Positions 17,794-27,123 are shown, numbered from the stretch's first letter. The stretch: 64,000 bases of DNA from Candidatus Cloacimonadales bacterium (GCA_963663475.2 CAXXJV010000001.1:1-64000), one strand, 5' to 3'. Program-made: numbers and translations. The notes: generated by a model from the sequence alone, not told the origin.

Positions 17794-18432
17794 ATGTGGG
17801 TAAAAGTAGCTGATAGAGAAGAAATTGCTAAGTTTGAGATTACGCCTCAAGCTAACAAAGTTACTAGTCTAATTGGTGAAACACCAGATAGTTTTATGGC
17901 CTCTGAAGATGATTTAGGCCTTATGCTTCTTTGCAAAGTTCCTCTTAAAATTTCCTCTTTGGATATCCAATTAGAAGATGATGCTGAAATTAACCTAGAG
18001 TGTTGGCAATATGAGGGACAGAACTCTCATTTAATCTTTTCTAAATCAGGCTTTACTGGTATTCTAGGTCTTAATACTATTCCTTGTGATATTATGCTTA
18101 GTCCTGGTAAATACTTTCTAAGAGTGATTAGTAGAGGTATCTTGCTTAAAAATACTACAAAAATCTCTACAAGTCATCACTTCCTGTCAGTTGTTGGAGG
18201 CTCAAGCGTAACAAATGACCTTATTCCTGATTATCAAGAACTTTTAAATCCTACTGTTTGGTTTGGTATTTATAATATCCAAATACAAGTAGCAAATAAA
18301 TCCTTATATCTAGGTATAACTGATGATCTTCTAAATAATGATGATCTCATACTAGGAGCTTTTTATCACTGTATTAAAAGTGGCTCATTAACTATGTATG
18401 TCTTTGACGGTACTCAACAATATTCAAAATAA
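17794..18432 (+). CDS. Putative tail-tip/receptor-binding protein
   Basis: Directly after fibre gene; beta-rich. Confidence 0.5.
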   Translation: MWVKVADREEIAKFEITPQANKVTSLIGETPDSFMASEDDLGLMLLCKVPLKISSLDIQLEDDAEINLECWQYEGQNSHLIFSKSGFTGILGLNTIPCDIMLSPGKYFLRVISRGILLKNTTKISTSHHFLSVVGGSSVTNDLIPDYQELLNPTVWFGIYNIQIQVANKSLYLGITDDLLNNDDLILGAFYHCIKSGSLTMYVFDGTQQYSK

Positions 18433-18475
18433 CTGGGAATGTGGGCATCCTTGCCCGCATCTTAAAGGAGAAATA

Positions 18476-18814
18476 ATGCAATATAAAACAAATATCAAGA
18501 CTCTTAAAAGAGTATATGCAATTGCTAAAGAAGTAGGATTGGAAAACATTATCATGGGTTCCAATGAAGAAAAAGAAGTGAAATTTGACCTTAAAACCAT
18601 CTTAAACGGTGTTTTCGAAAAGGGTTTAATCAACGAATTCTGTCAAACTGTTACAGGAGAGACTAAAGACTTCGAAGAAGTAAGCTTAACTGAAGTGGAG
18701 AGTGTCATACTGGGTTTTTTCGATGCTATCAAAGGGGACTTGCAAGAATCAAGATTACTAAAAGCAATGATAGTAACTCAACAGAAGAATCAGATAACCC
18801 CTTCTACGACATAA
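18476..18814 (+). CDS. Tail assembly chaperone (gpG-like); -1 frameshift product extends to 18894
   Basis: AAGGAG before MQYKTN; slippery G GGT TTT at 18712-18718; -1 frame open to TAA 18892-18894; just upstream of tape measure. Confidence 0.75.
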   Translation: MQYKTNIKTLKRVYAIAKEVGLENIIMGSNEEKEVKFDLKTILNGVFEKGLINEFCQTVTGETKDFEEVSLTEVESVILGFFDAIKGDLQESRLLKAMIVTQQKNQITPSTT

Positions 18815-18951
18815 GCTTTGTCTTATGGCAAAACAATATTAACCCGGATAACTTAGAGATTGATGAAGCATTTCATTATTTGGAAAAGATTTAATTTACT
18901 TGTAGGGGCGTATTGCATACGCCCTTCCATTGGCGGTGTGGTTTCATTCCA

Positions 18952-19059
18952 TCACCTTAAATATTTATCTATCGGATTACTTCCATCATCTGATAAGATA
19001 AACCAAATGATAAAAGCTATAGGTACTAAAAATACTAATATCGCGATTATAAGCCACAT
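18952..19059 (-). CDS. 35-aa single-TM peptide (MWLIIAILVFLVPIAFIIWFILSDDGSNPIDKYLR); not in ORF track
   Basis: AAGGAG RBS, hydrophobic helix plus charged tail. Confidence 0.55.
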   Translation of the reverse strand: MWLIIAILVFLVPIAFIIWFILSDDGSNPIDKYLR

Positions 19060-19158
19060 GGGTAACTCCTTTCTTCTCTGTGTCCTCTGTGTCTCTGTGG
19101 TGAGTTCTTCATTCCTGACTCTTAACTCCTAACTAAATAATAACCAAGTAGGTATAAT

Positions 19159-22056
19159 ATGCAAGATTTAAAATTAATGATAAGATTTAACTTCGACGGT
19201 AAGAACGAATTAGAAAAGATTATCGATGAAGTTGCTAAGAAACATAACCTGGAAGTAAAGAGTAATCTGGGTCAAGTAAAGGTGGATGTAGATAGTATTG
19301 GTAAAGGTTTTACTAATATAACCAATAAAATAACTACTGCTGTTACTAAATTTGGTTTCTTTACTCAAGGTCTTTCTCAGGCAGGCGGTATATTAAGAAT
19401 GCTGACTGATGAAACTGTTAACCTGGGTAGAGAACAAATAAGAGCTGATAAATTAGTTGAAGGTGCTGTAAAAGCTACCGGTGCAGCCGCAGGCTTTACT
19501 ACTGCTGAACTTAAACGTATGGCATCCCAACTTCAAGATGATACTAACTTCGGTGATGAAAAGCTTCTTGCTAAAGTTACCTCTGTTTTACTCACCTTTA
19601 TACAAGTTCAAGGTGATGTATTCCGGGAAGCTCAATCTCTTATCCTGGATATGTCAGAAGCCCTTGACCAAGACCTCCAACAGGCATCAATCCAAGTAGG
19701 TAAAGCCTTGCAAGACCCAATTCAAGGAGTTACTGCCCTTCGCCGTGTCGGTGTTCAACTATCTGAACAACAAGAACAGCAAATTAAAGACTTCATGGCT
19801 GTCAATAAAGTAGCTGAAGCTCAAAAAGTTATCCTCCAAGAACTAAATTCTCAGTTCGGAGGACAAGCTAAGAATGTTGCCGATCCTTTTATTCAACTCA
19901 AAAACACTTTTGGAGATATTAAAGAAATTATTGGCATCGCTTTACTTCCTGGACTTAATGCTATTGCTTCTTCTACCAAAAACTGGCTTGAATCTCTTAA
20001 GCCTGCTACTTCTGAACTAGAAAAAGTTACTGATGAATCCCAAAACCAACAAGCTGAATTCTTTAGCTTAACTTCTGCCTATGAAACACTTCGCTTTAAA
20101 CAAGGCGAAACCCTTGAATCCAGCACCGCCCTTAAAGATATTATCGATACTCTTAATTCTAAATATGGTGATTACCTAGGTAATATTGACCTGGCCACTA
20201 CTAAATACCAAGACTTTAAAACTGCTGTTAGTAATGCGACTCTTGAACTACAAAAAGAGGCAATGACTAAAGCCTTTCTTGCTAAAAGACAAGATATTAC
20301 TGATAAAATAACTGATGTGTCTGCTGACCTTGTTAAAGATGTTATAAAGGAAAGAAAAAAATTGGAGATTGAACAAAAACAACTCCAACAGGCAATGAAG
20401 GACGAAGCTGAAGCAAGAAAAAACTTTGAACAAGATGAAAACTCACAATCAAGAGAAGCCCTTGCTGATGCCATAGATTGGAGACAGCAAAAACAAGAAC
20501 AACTTGAAAATGCTCAAGCTGACTTTGACCAGGCTGTGGAAGATTTAAATAATAAAGCCAAAGCTAAACTAACTGGCTTAGAATTAGAACTTAACTTGTT
20601 CGATGAATCCTCAACTTCTTTATTAAAACAACTTCTTGGTGAAGAAGAAGAAGATGATAATAAAGGCAAGGGAGGAAATACTGTTATTGCTAACCCAGAT
20701 GAAATAGCTAAACAACTACAAGCCCTTAAAGATAGCTTCAAAACCAAACAGCAACTTCTTACTGATAACTATAATGCTCAAACAGAGCTTATCAATAAGA
20801 ACGTCGCTGATGAAACAGAAAGGACTAACCTCTTAACAGCTTTAGATGAAAAATATGCTAATGATTCCAAAGCTCTTAAGCACCAGGAATTTCAAGAAGA
20901 GCTTGCTATTGCTGAGAATAAGAAACAACTGGGTATTCTTACCTACCAAGAACTTAAAACTACTGTAGATGAATACTATAATTGGGTTAAAGCTAATTAT
21001 GATAAAGATTCTAAAGAATATGTCCAAGCCCTTAATATGAAACATAATGCAGACCTTCGTTATGGCCAAGAAACTAAAAAACTTAACGATAAGCTGCTTA
21101 AAGATACTAAAGATACCTGGCAAACTGCTCTGAAAATGTTTGACTTAGGCTTAATACCCTACCAACAGCTTCAAACTGCCTACCAGAACTATAAAAACAT
21201 GCTTCAATCTACTTCTGCAGATGCTGATCTAACTGAAGACCAAATCAATAAGATTACCATAGCTGTTAAAGAACTCGATAACCAAATGGAGAAAATATCT
21301 CAAAATCAAAACTGGCTCTCTACATGGGTGAATAACACTAACGAAGCTTTTGATGAAGTTAATGATCAGTCATGGGGAGTTGCAGGTAATGTTGCCTCCT
21401 CCTGGGCTAATACCTTTACTAAAATACAAAAAGAAGGTATGGACTTTAAAAAAGATATGGAAGCCATCTGGAAAGGCTTAGCATATGCTGTTATAGAAGA
21501 GATAAATAGAATAATTGCCCGTTGGCTTGTGCTTATGGCCATTAAAGGGATTACTTCGATATTTACTGGCGGTGGTTCTAGTGCACTACCACTTGGTACC
21601 GGTGAAGGTATTTCTTTAGGTGGTACATTTGCTGCTGATGGTGGTTATATCTCAGGACCTGGCGGACCAAAAGACGATGTTATCCCTTCCTGGCTATCTA
21701 ATGGAGAGTTTGTAATTAATGCAGAGAAAACAGCCATTTTTAGACCTCTCTTAGAGTATCTTAACTATACTCCTATGGCTTCTCTTAAAACTAGCTTATC
21801 ACTCCCTAAAGTTAATATGCCTGCTATTCCTAAAGTAGCTTACTCTTCAGGTGGATATGCTAAACACCCGGGCTTTGACCTATCCAGAATAGAACAAAAA
21901 TTGGATAAACTTGATAAATTAGAAAAAGTAATTAATGAACTGCAAGAACTTAAGAAAAAAGACTACACTGTACAAGTTTCTACTAAATTTAGAGGTGTAG
22001 AGTTCGCTAAAGAAGTAAATAAAGCCCAATCACAATACCAAAGGATTATGAGATGA
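19159..22056 (+). CDS. Tail tape measure protein
   Basis: 965 aa, helical; 'ASIQVGKALQDPIQGVTALRRVGV' and 'ADGGYISGPGGPKDDVIPSWLSNGEFVINA' motifs. Confidence 0.92.
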   Translation: MQDLKLMIRFNFDGKNELEKIIDEVAKKHNLEVKSNLGQVKVDVDSIGKGFTNITNKITTAVTKFGFFTQGLSQAGGILRMLTDETVNLGREQIRADKLVEGAVKATGAAAGFTTAELKRMASQLQDDTNFGDEKLLAKVTSVLLTFIQVQGDVFREAQSLILDMSEALDQDLQQASIQVGKALQDPIQGVTALRRVGVQLSEQQEQQIKDFMAVNKVAEAQKVILQELNSQFGGQAKNVADPFIQLKNTFGDIKEIIGIALLPGLNAIASSTKNWLESLKPATSELEKVTDESQNQQAEFFSLTSAYETLRFKQGETLESSTALKDIIDTLNSKYGDYLGNIDLATTKYQDFKTAVSNATLELQKEAMTKAFLAKRQDITDKITDVSADLVKDVIKERKKLEIEQKQLQQAMKDEAEARKNFEQDENSQSREALADAIDWRQQKQEQLENAQADFDQAVEDLNNKAKAKLTGLELELNLFDESSTSLLKQLLGEEEEDDNKGKGGNTVIANPDEIAKQLQALKDSFKTKQQLLTDNYNAQTELINKNVADETERTNLLTALDEKYANDSKALKHQEFQEELAIAENKKQLGILTYQELKTTVDEYYNWVKANYDKDSKEYVQALNMKHNADLRYGQETKKLNDKLLKDTKDTWQTALKMFDLGLIPYQQLQTAYQNYKNMLQSTSADADLTEDQINKITIAVKELDNQMEKISQNQNWLSTWVNNTNEAFDEVNDQSWGVAGNVASSWANTFTKIQKEGMDFKKDMEAIWKGLAYAVIEEINRIIARWLVLMAIKGITSIFTGGGSSALPLGTGEGISLGGTFAADGGYISGPGGPKDDVIPSWLSNGEFVINAEKTAIFRPLLEYLNYTPMASLKTSLSLPKVNMPAIPKVAYSSGGYAKHPGFDLSRIEQKLDKLDKLEKVINELQELKKKDYTVQVSTKFRGVEFAKEVNKAQSQYQRIMR

Positions 22057-23120
22057 GAATAGATTTTATAGATAATAATACCGTCGTTGCCTCTACTGAT
22101 AAACTTATTGATATCGACCTATCTTACTACGATAATGTCCTGGTCTCTAAACCTGTTGCCCCTGAAGTAAGATTTACCATAGCTTATAACCACCTCGATA
22201 ACAACGACCCCTTTGTTACCTGGTGGAAAACTATCACTCAAGGCGAAATACCCGAAAATGTCTTTGCTGTTATCTACGACGGAAATGGTTATGAAGTCGC
22301 TTCTGGAGACCTCTTTGAATACGATGAAGACCTACAAAACTTCGCTCTCGAAATCCTTATTGTGCCAGGGTTTACTCAAATTCTTGATGAAGAGAAGAAT
22401 AAATCTGGAGAAATTGTTAAGCCTATTACTCATGATGCATCTCTTAACTATATAACTGGCTTACTCAGAGAAGTATTTCTTAATATGTGGAACAAATTGA
22501 ATATTCCTTATTCTTGCATTTTAAATGATCCTACTCCAAACGGTGTCATCTGGATGGATTTTATTGATGTTGCTAACATTATTCACTACTTTTGCCAATC
22601 CAGGCTATTATCTGGTAACGCGTACTTCCTGCGGATTAATTATGTATTAAATGGGACAAAAGCTAATTCTATCAATAGTTTGGGCTTCAGCAATCTCCTA
22701 AAATTATTTTATTCTAGAAAATCAAACTCTTTCTCTTCATGGAATCCTCAGCAAACTAAACAAGTTCAAGGTTTTGTTACTGGTACTTCATATAATGAAC
22801 TTGATACAGATGATTTCTCTCCTTTATATAGACTTCGTGTATATGATTATGGTGGTGATGATGAAATAGGTGATTTAGACTCTCTATACAAAGCTAAGAT
22901 ACAACAAAAAGTTAATTCCTTAAAAGTAAGAAAAAATTATCATATCCAAGGAAATGTAGCTTTTACATGGCTTTACCCGGGAGACTCAATAAGCCTTAAT
23001 GGACAAACTTATATCATCAAAGAAATTAATTACGATCCTGTATCATTAAATACTATATCTCACATGGGTTCAAATTTAAACCTAAAATTCTTCAATGCTG
23101 TATGTGTCAAAGGTAGTTAA
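22053..23120 (+). CDS. Tail tip/hub-like protein, last prophage gene
   Basis: Coupled to TMP; C-terminal 'LYPGDSISLNGQTYIIKEINYD'. Confidence 0.6.
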   Translation: MRIDFIDNNTVVASTDKLIDIDLSYYDNVLVSKPVAPEVRFTIAYNHLDNNDPFVTWWKTITQGEIPENVFAVIYDGNGYEVASGDLFEYDEDLQNFALEILIVPGFTQILDEEKNKSGEIVKPITHDASLNYITGLLREVFLNMWNKLNIPYSCILNDPTPNGVIWMDFIDVANIIHYFCQSRLLSGNAYFLRINYVLNGTKANSINSLGFSNLLKLFYSRKSNSFSSWNPQQTKQVQGFVTGTSYNELDTDDFSPLYRLRVYDYGGDDEIGDLDSLYKAKIQQKVNSLKVRKNYHIQGNVAFTWLYPGDSISLNGQTYIIKEINYDPVSLNTISHMGSNLNLKFFNAVCVKGS

Positions 23121-23263
23121 ACTGCAAAATAATTTCTAAATCTTAGAACTAAACTGCAAAATAATTTCTCATTAAGTGATTTACCACTGCAAAATAATTT
23201 CTAAATCTTAGAACTAAACTGCAAAATAATTTCTCATTCACTGCAATTTAATTTCAAAGTGCA
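23121..23263. repeat. Candidate transposase-binding end array (prophage right end)
   Basis: ACTGCAAAATAATTTCT at 23121, 23153, 23186 and 23218, variant ACTGCAATTTAATTTC at 23240, terminal ...AAGTGCA. Confidence 0.7.
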
Positions 23264-23461
23264 TATAATGTATCGAGTATGTTTGACAAATATTTATAAA
23301 TATTCTTAACTATCCACGTTACCTATTATGTTTTTTTTAATACTCAAAGTATAGTGATTATAAATTATGTAATTCAGCAATTGAAATATGTATTTTACAC
23401 TTATTGTAGCAAATAAAACTTGCTAATTTATAATTTTTTATAAACTTGTATATATAAAGCT

Positions 23462-23650
23462 AGGTAGTGTAGTAGAGCTTTAGTAATACTCGACTAAAGC
23501 TAGGCATCACAGGTGAAGAGTGCAGATTATTCTAGCAAATAGCTTACAGAATTTTGACGCATATATTTTGTATATTCGGAGAAATTATGGATCTTACTTT
23601 TGCAGAAGAATATTCTGCTATTCACCAAGGTCTACTGCATTATTTGGGAT
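23462..23650. repeat. MITE-like repeat, family also at ~28378-28423, 31142-31225, 31710-31987 and 59696-59966
   Basis: Shared core 'CTAGCAAA(A)TAGCTTACAGAATTTTGACGC' and end 'CTACTGCATTATTTGGGAT'. Confidence 0.75.
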
Positions 23651-23669
23651 AAATAGGAAGGGAGGAAAA

Positions 23670-25751
23670 ATGAAACTCAATATAGTTTTCATAATGTTAC
23701 TAGTTTTTATAGGGAATTTGTGTTCAGTTGGCTTTATCATCGATTCTTCTGAAGAGGATTATTATGATTTAGTTATATTAGATGAGGTAACTTATAACGT
23801 TAACATCGAAAATCAAGCTGCAATTGTAAAGGTAGAGGAAGGATTTATTAACAATCTAGGAAGAGACATTACTCCTCGTTATTATTTTCCTATGATTGAA
23901 GGAGCTTCAGCAATCATGTTGCGCTGGTTTCAAAACAATCAATGGTATCAAGCAAACATAAGTGCAAGTCCTCAAAATCCTCAAGGTGGACCATCTTCTT
24001 ACCCTTACTTTATAGAAGATTATTTAGGAGAGCAAGTTCCGACAATATTTGATTTTCCTCTTGATTTAGCTGCTGGAGATTCAATTAAAGTTGAATTTAC
24101 CTATGTTCAGTTATTGCCTTACGCTTTTGGACAAGTAAATATATTTTTGAAGAATAAATATACTAATTTTCAAGCAAGTGCCTTAAGTCATCAAGAATTA
24201 AACATTGACCTAGTATCTGATAGAGAAATCACAGCTTACACTATAGATCAATTAGGGAACCAATATTCGGAAATAGGAGTAAATCAAGTTCATACCCATT
24301 ATGAAGTCTATGAAACAGGTGCTTTACTAGATTATAATGTAAATTTTTCTTTAAATCAAGAAGAGTTGGGTTTATGGTCAATGTCCACCTACATGGATTC
24401 AGTAGTCGATAATCAGGAACATGGATTTTTTACTATGATAGTTGAGCCTGATCCCTCTGAGAATACCCAAGTTATTGATAAGGTCTTTACTTTAATCATC
24501 GACACATCTGGTTCTATGGATGGTAATAAAATTATCCAAGCCACAGATGCTGCTAGCTACATTATTAATAATTTAAATGAAGGTGATATATTCAATATTA
24601 TATCTTTTTCATCAGGAGTTTATTCCTTATGGGATTCTCACCAAGAATTTAATGAAGCCAATAAGCAAACTGCTCTGAGCTATGTAAGTTCTTTAGAAGC
24701 AGATGGTTCAACAAATATTTCAGGAGCTTTTGATCTTGCTGTTCCTCAGTTCAATGAATCTACTTCAGATTCTGCCAATATCATAATTTTTATGACTGAT
24801 GGTGAACAAACAGCTGGTATCACAAATACTAACACATTGATAAGTCATATTGCTGGGTTATTTTCCGCCTGTGATGCTCCAGTATATCTTTTTAATTTTG
24901 GTATCGGATATTACACAAATGAAGTTCTTTTATCTACAACAAGCAATAATCATAATGGTTTTGCCACCTTCTTGGGAAATGACCAACTTTATGAAGTAAT
25001 CACAGAATTTTATAACATGATTAGAAACCCAGTAATGTTAAATCCTGAAATTTCTATTTCACCAGCTAACCTATTAGTTGATTTACACCCTATATCCTTA
25101 CCTAATCTTTATAAAGGCAAACAAATGATCATTAGTGGTCGCTATAGTGAGCCTGTTGATATTGAAATTACCTTTTCTGGACTTGCTTATGGAAGTGAAG
25201 TATCTTATCAGTATAGTCTTACTCTTGCTGATTCTAGCTTTACTAACTACGCTTTTTTACCTAAAGTGTGGGCTAAGCAAAAAATTGAAGACTTACTAAG
25301 AGAATACCATACATATCCAGAAAATTCAAGTGATGCTCAAGAATTAAAAGATGAAATTATAGAATTAAGTCAGCTTTGGGGAATTATTACTGAGTTTACC
25401 AGTTTTAGTGGAGATGGCGTTGATAATTACGATGAAGAACTTGAACAAGAACAAGTTGAAGACACTTCAGTTATTAGTTTATTAGGCAATTACCCCAATC
25501 CTTTTAACCCTGAAACTACAATAAGATTTGAAATTAAAGAAGATTTTAATGATATCATGTTTATCAAGATTTATAATCTTAAGGGACAATTAATCAAAGT
25601 TCTAGAAATTAAAGTTGATTCCAAAGGACAATATTCAGTTGTATGGAAAGGAGATAATCAAGCTAAACAACCTGTAGCTTCAGGACTTTATTTCTATAAA
25701 ATTGAATATGCTGATCATTCTGCCCATGGTAAAATGATCTTAATGAAATAG
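23670..25751 (+). CDS. Secreted VIT + von Willebrand A domain protein with FlgD-Ig/T9SS-like C-terminal domain
   Basis: GGAGG RBS at MKLNIV signal peptide; MIDAS motif DTSGSM, 'FMTDGE'; C-terminal GNYPNPFNPETTI...KMILMK. Confidence 0.85.
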   Translation: MKLNIVFIMLLVFIGNLCSVGFIIDSSEEDYYDLVILDEVTYNVNIENQAAIVKVEEGFINNLGRDITPRYYFPMIEGASAIMLRWFQNNQWYQANISASPQNPQGGPSSYPYFIEDYLGEQVPTIFDFPLDLAAGDSIKVEFTYVQLLPYAFGQVNIFLKNKYTNFQASALSHQELNIDLVSDREITAYTIDQLGNQYSEIGVNQVHTHYEVYETGALLDYNVNFSLNQEELGLWSMSTYMDSVVDNQEHGFFTMIVEPDPSENTQVIDKVFTLIIDTSGSMDGNKIIQATDAASYIINNLNEGDIFNIISFSSGVYSLWDSHQEFNEANKQTALSYVSSLEADGSTNISGAFDLAVPQFNESTSDSANIIIFMTDGEQTAGITNTNTLISHIAGLFSACDAPVYLFNFGIGYYTNEVLLSTTSNNHNGFATFLGNDQLYEVITEFYNMIRNPVMLNPEISISPANLLVDLHPISLPNLYKGKQMIISGRYSEPVDIEITFSGLAYGSEVSYQYSLTLADSSFTNYAFLPKVWAKQKIEDLLREYHTYPENSSDAQELKDEIIELSQLWGIITEFTSFSGDGVDNYDEELEQEQVEDTSVISLLGNYPNPFNPETTIRFEIKEDFNDIMFIKIYNLKGQLIKVLEIKVDSKGQYSVVWKGDNQAKQPVASGLYFYKIEYADHSAHGKMILMK

Positions 25752-25845
25752 CTGTAATTATTTAAAGAAAGGGTCCTAGGACTCTTTCTTTTTATTTCCT
25801 GACAAGTATTGTTATTTTCTTTTTTTTTAAAATTCTTTACTTAAG

Positions 25846-25924
25846 CATCCTTATATCTTCCTTTACAGTCTTTCGATGAAAGTCCAGGTTTCATCGAAAG
25901 ACTGTAAAGGAAGATATAAGGATG
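25846..25924. repeat. Perfect 36-bp-arm palindrome; second copy at 51676-51755
   Basis: CATCCTTATATCTTCCTTTACAGTCTTTCGATGAAA-GTCCAGG-reverse complement. Confidence 0.85.
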
Positions 25925-26080
25925 TTAAGGTAAACTACCTCACCTCAGCCATGGTCTAGAGCATTATTTGAGTTTAATAGTCTAACCTAATTATTTAAAA
26001 TTTACAATTAATCCTATTTGATAAGAGTATTCATTTGTAATTTTGGCTAAGTTAGTTATATTTTTATATGAGGAGTAATT

Positions 26081-27031
26081 ATGAAAAATATCAAACCAAG
26101 ATTAGTCTTGAGTAAATGTGTTAACTTTGCAGCCTGTCGTTATAACGGTTTAATGATCAATTCTGCAGTAGTAGAAAAACTTAAAGATTATGTTGAATTT
26201 ATTACAGTATGTCCTGAAGTAGAGATTGGTTTACCCATTCCCCGAGAATCTATTAGATTAATGCGTCAAGATGATGAAGTTAGATTAGTAAAATCAATGT
26301 CAGGAGAAGACTTCACAGATAAAATGATATCCTTTTCTCAAGACTTTGTTGGCAAATTAGAAGATATTGATGGATTTATCCTAAAAAGTAGATCACCTTC
26401 CTGTGGAATGAAAGATGTAAAGTTATATTCAGGTATTGGTAAAATCCCTGCAATTTCTACTAAGAGTGTAGGACTATTTGCCCAAGAAGTCTTTAAGACT
26501 TATGGTCACCTAGCTATTGAGGATGAAGGAAGACTAACAAACTTACAAATTAGGGAACACTTTTTAACCAGAATCTATACTTTAGCCGAGTTTAGACACT
26601 TACCTAGAACAATGAAAGACCTTGTCGATTTTCATGCTTCCAATAAGTACCTCTTTATGGCCTATAATCAGACTAAGTTAAGAGAAGCTGGTAAGATTGT
26701 TGCTAATCATGAAAAACTTCCTGTTTCTGATGTATTCGCTAGATATCAAGATAAACTATATCAAATTTTCCAAAAAGCTGCTAATATTTCTACCAATATA
26801 AATGTATTAATGCATATTTTTGGATATTTTTCTAAAGACTTAAATAATGATGAAAAGGCACATTTCTTAGAACAGTTAGATTTATATAGACAAAAGAAAA
26901 TACCTTTAATAGTTGTTGTAACAATCTTGAACTCTTGGCTAATGAGGTTCAAGCAAGCTTATTTAGCCAAACAAAGATATTTTAATCCTTTTCCTAAGGA
27001 ATTAATGTCTATAAGTGATTCAGGTAAATAA
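26081..27031 (+). CDS. DUF523/DUF1722 (YbgA family, thiouracil desulfidase-like) protein
   Basis: 'CRYNG...VCPEVEIGLPIPRE...FILKSRSPSCG...EDEGRL...NVLMHIFGYF'. Confidence 0.9.
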   Translation: MKNIKPRLVLSKCVNFAACRYNGLMINSAVVEKLKDYVEFITVCPEVEIGLPIPRESIRLMRQDDEVRLVKSMSGEDFTDKMISFSQDFVGKLEDIDGFILKSRSPSCGMKDVKLYSGIGKIPAISTKSVGLFAQEVFKTYGHLAIEDEGRLTNLQIREHFLTRIYTLAEFRHLPRTMKDLVDFHASNKYLFMAYNQTKLREAGKIVANHEKLPVSDVFARYQDKLYQIFQKAANISTNINVLMHIFGYFSKDLNNDEKAHFLEQLDLYRQKKIPLIVVVTILNSWLMRFKQAYLAKQRYFNPFPKELMSISDSGK

Positions 27032-27123
27032 AGAAAGTTTGGAAAATTTAAAAAACTAAATAGGAATTTGGTGTCTTAGAGTAAATAAATAAGTAAACTA
27101 TTGACTAATCTAGAGGAGTTAGA

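Larger units (their letters stand above)
1..23263. mobile_element. Prophage (right part): Mu-like transposable-phage early genes with a PBSX/P2-like head and non-contractile tail; left end outside window
   Basis: Continuous phage gene set (DUF3164, MuF, terminase, portal, protease, capsid, lysozyme, tail chaperone, tape measure) ending in a direct-repeat array that terminates in ...TGCA at 23263; host genes follow. Confidence 0.85.

Noticed and set aside
18860-19132. 90-aa plus-strand ORF before the tape measure gene
   Set aside because: Made of repeat sequence and the antisense of the better-supported 35-aa peptide; no RBS
20172-21123. Antisense ORFs within the tape measure gene (and similar shadows in capsid, rpsA, arcC, plsC, tilS, HU)
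   Set aside because: Typical shadow frames of well-supported genes, with no independent signals
1-23263. Stop-codon reassignment in the prophage
   Set aside because: Genes are full length under code 11, and TAA, TAG and TGA all serve as stops with normal coupling
23121-23300. Integrase-type attR site or tRNA integration target
   Set aside because: No tRNA or integrase seen; the repeats fit a transposon end better, though the left end is unavailable to confirm
23520-23669. N-terminal extension of the VIT-vWA ORF, and similarly ORF 59916-60113
   Set aside because: Lies within a MITE; the real start with RBS and signal peptide is 23670
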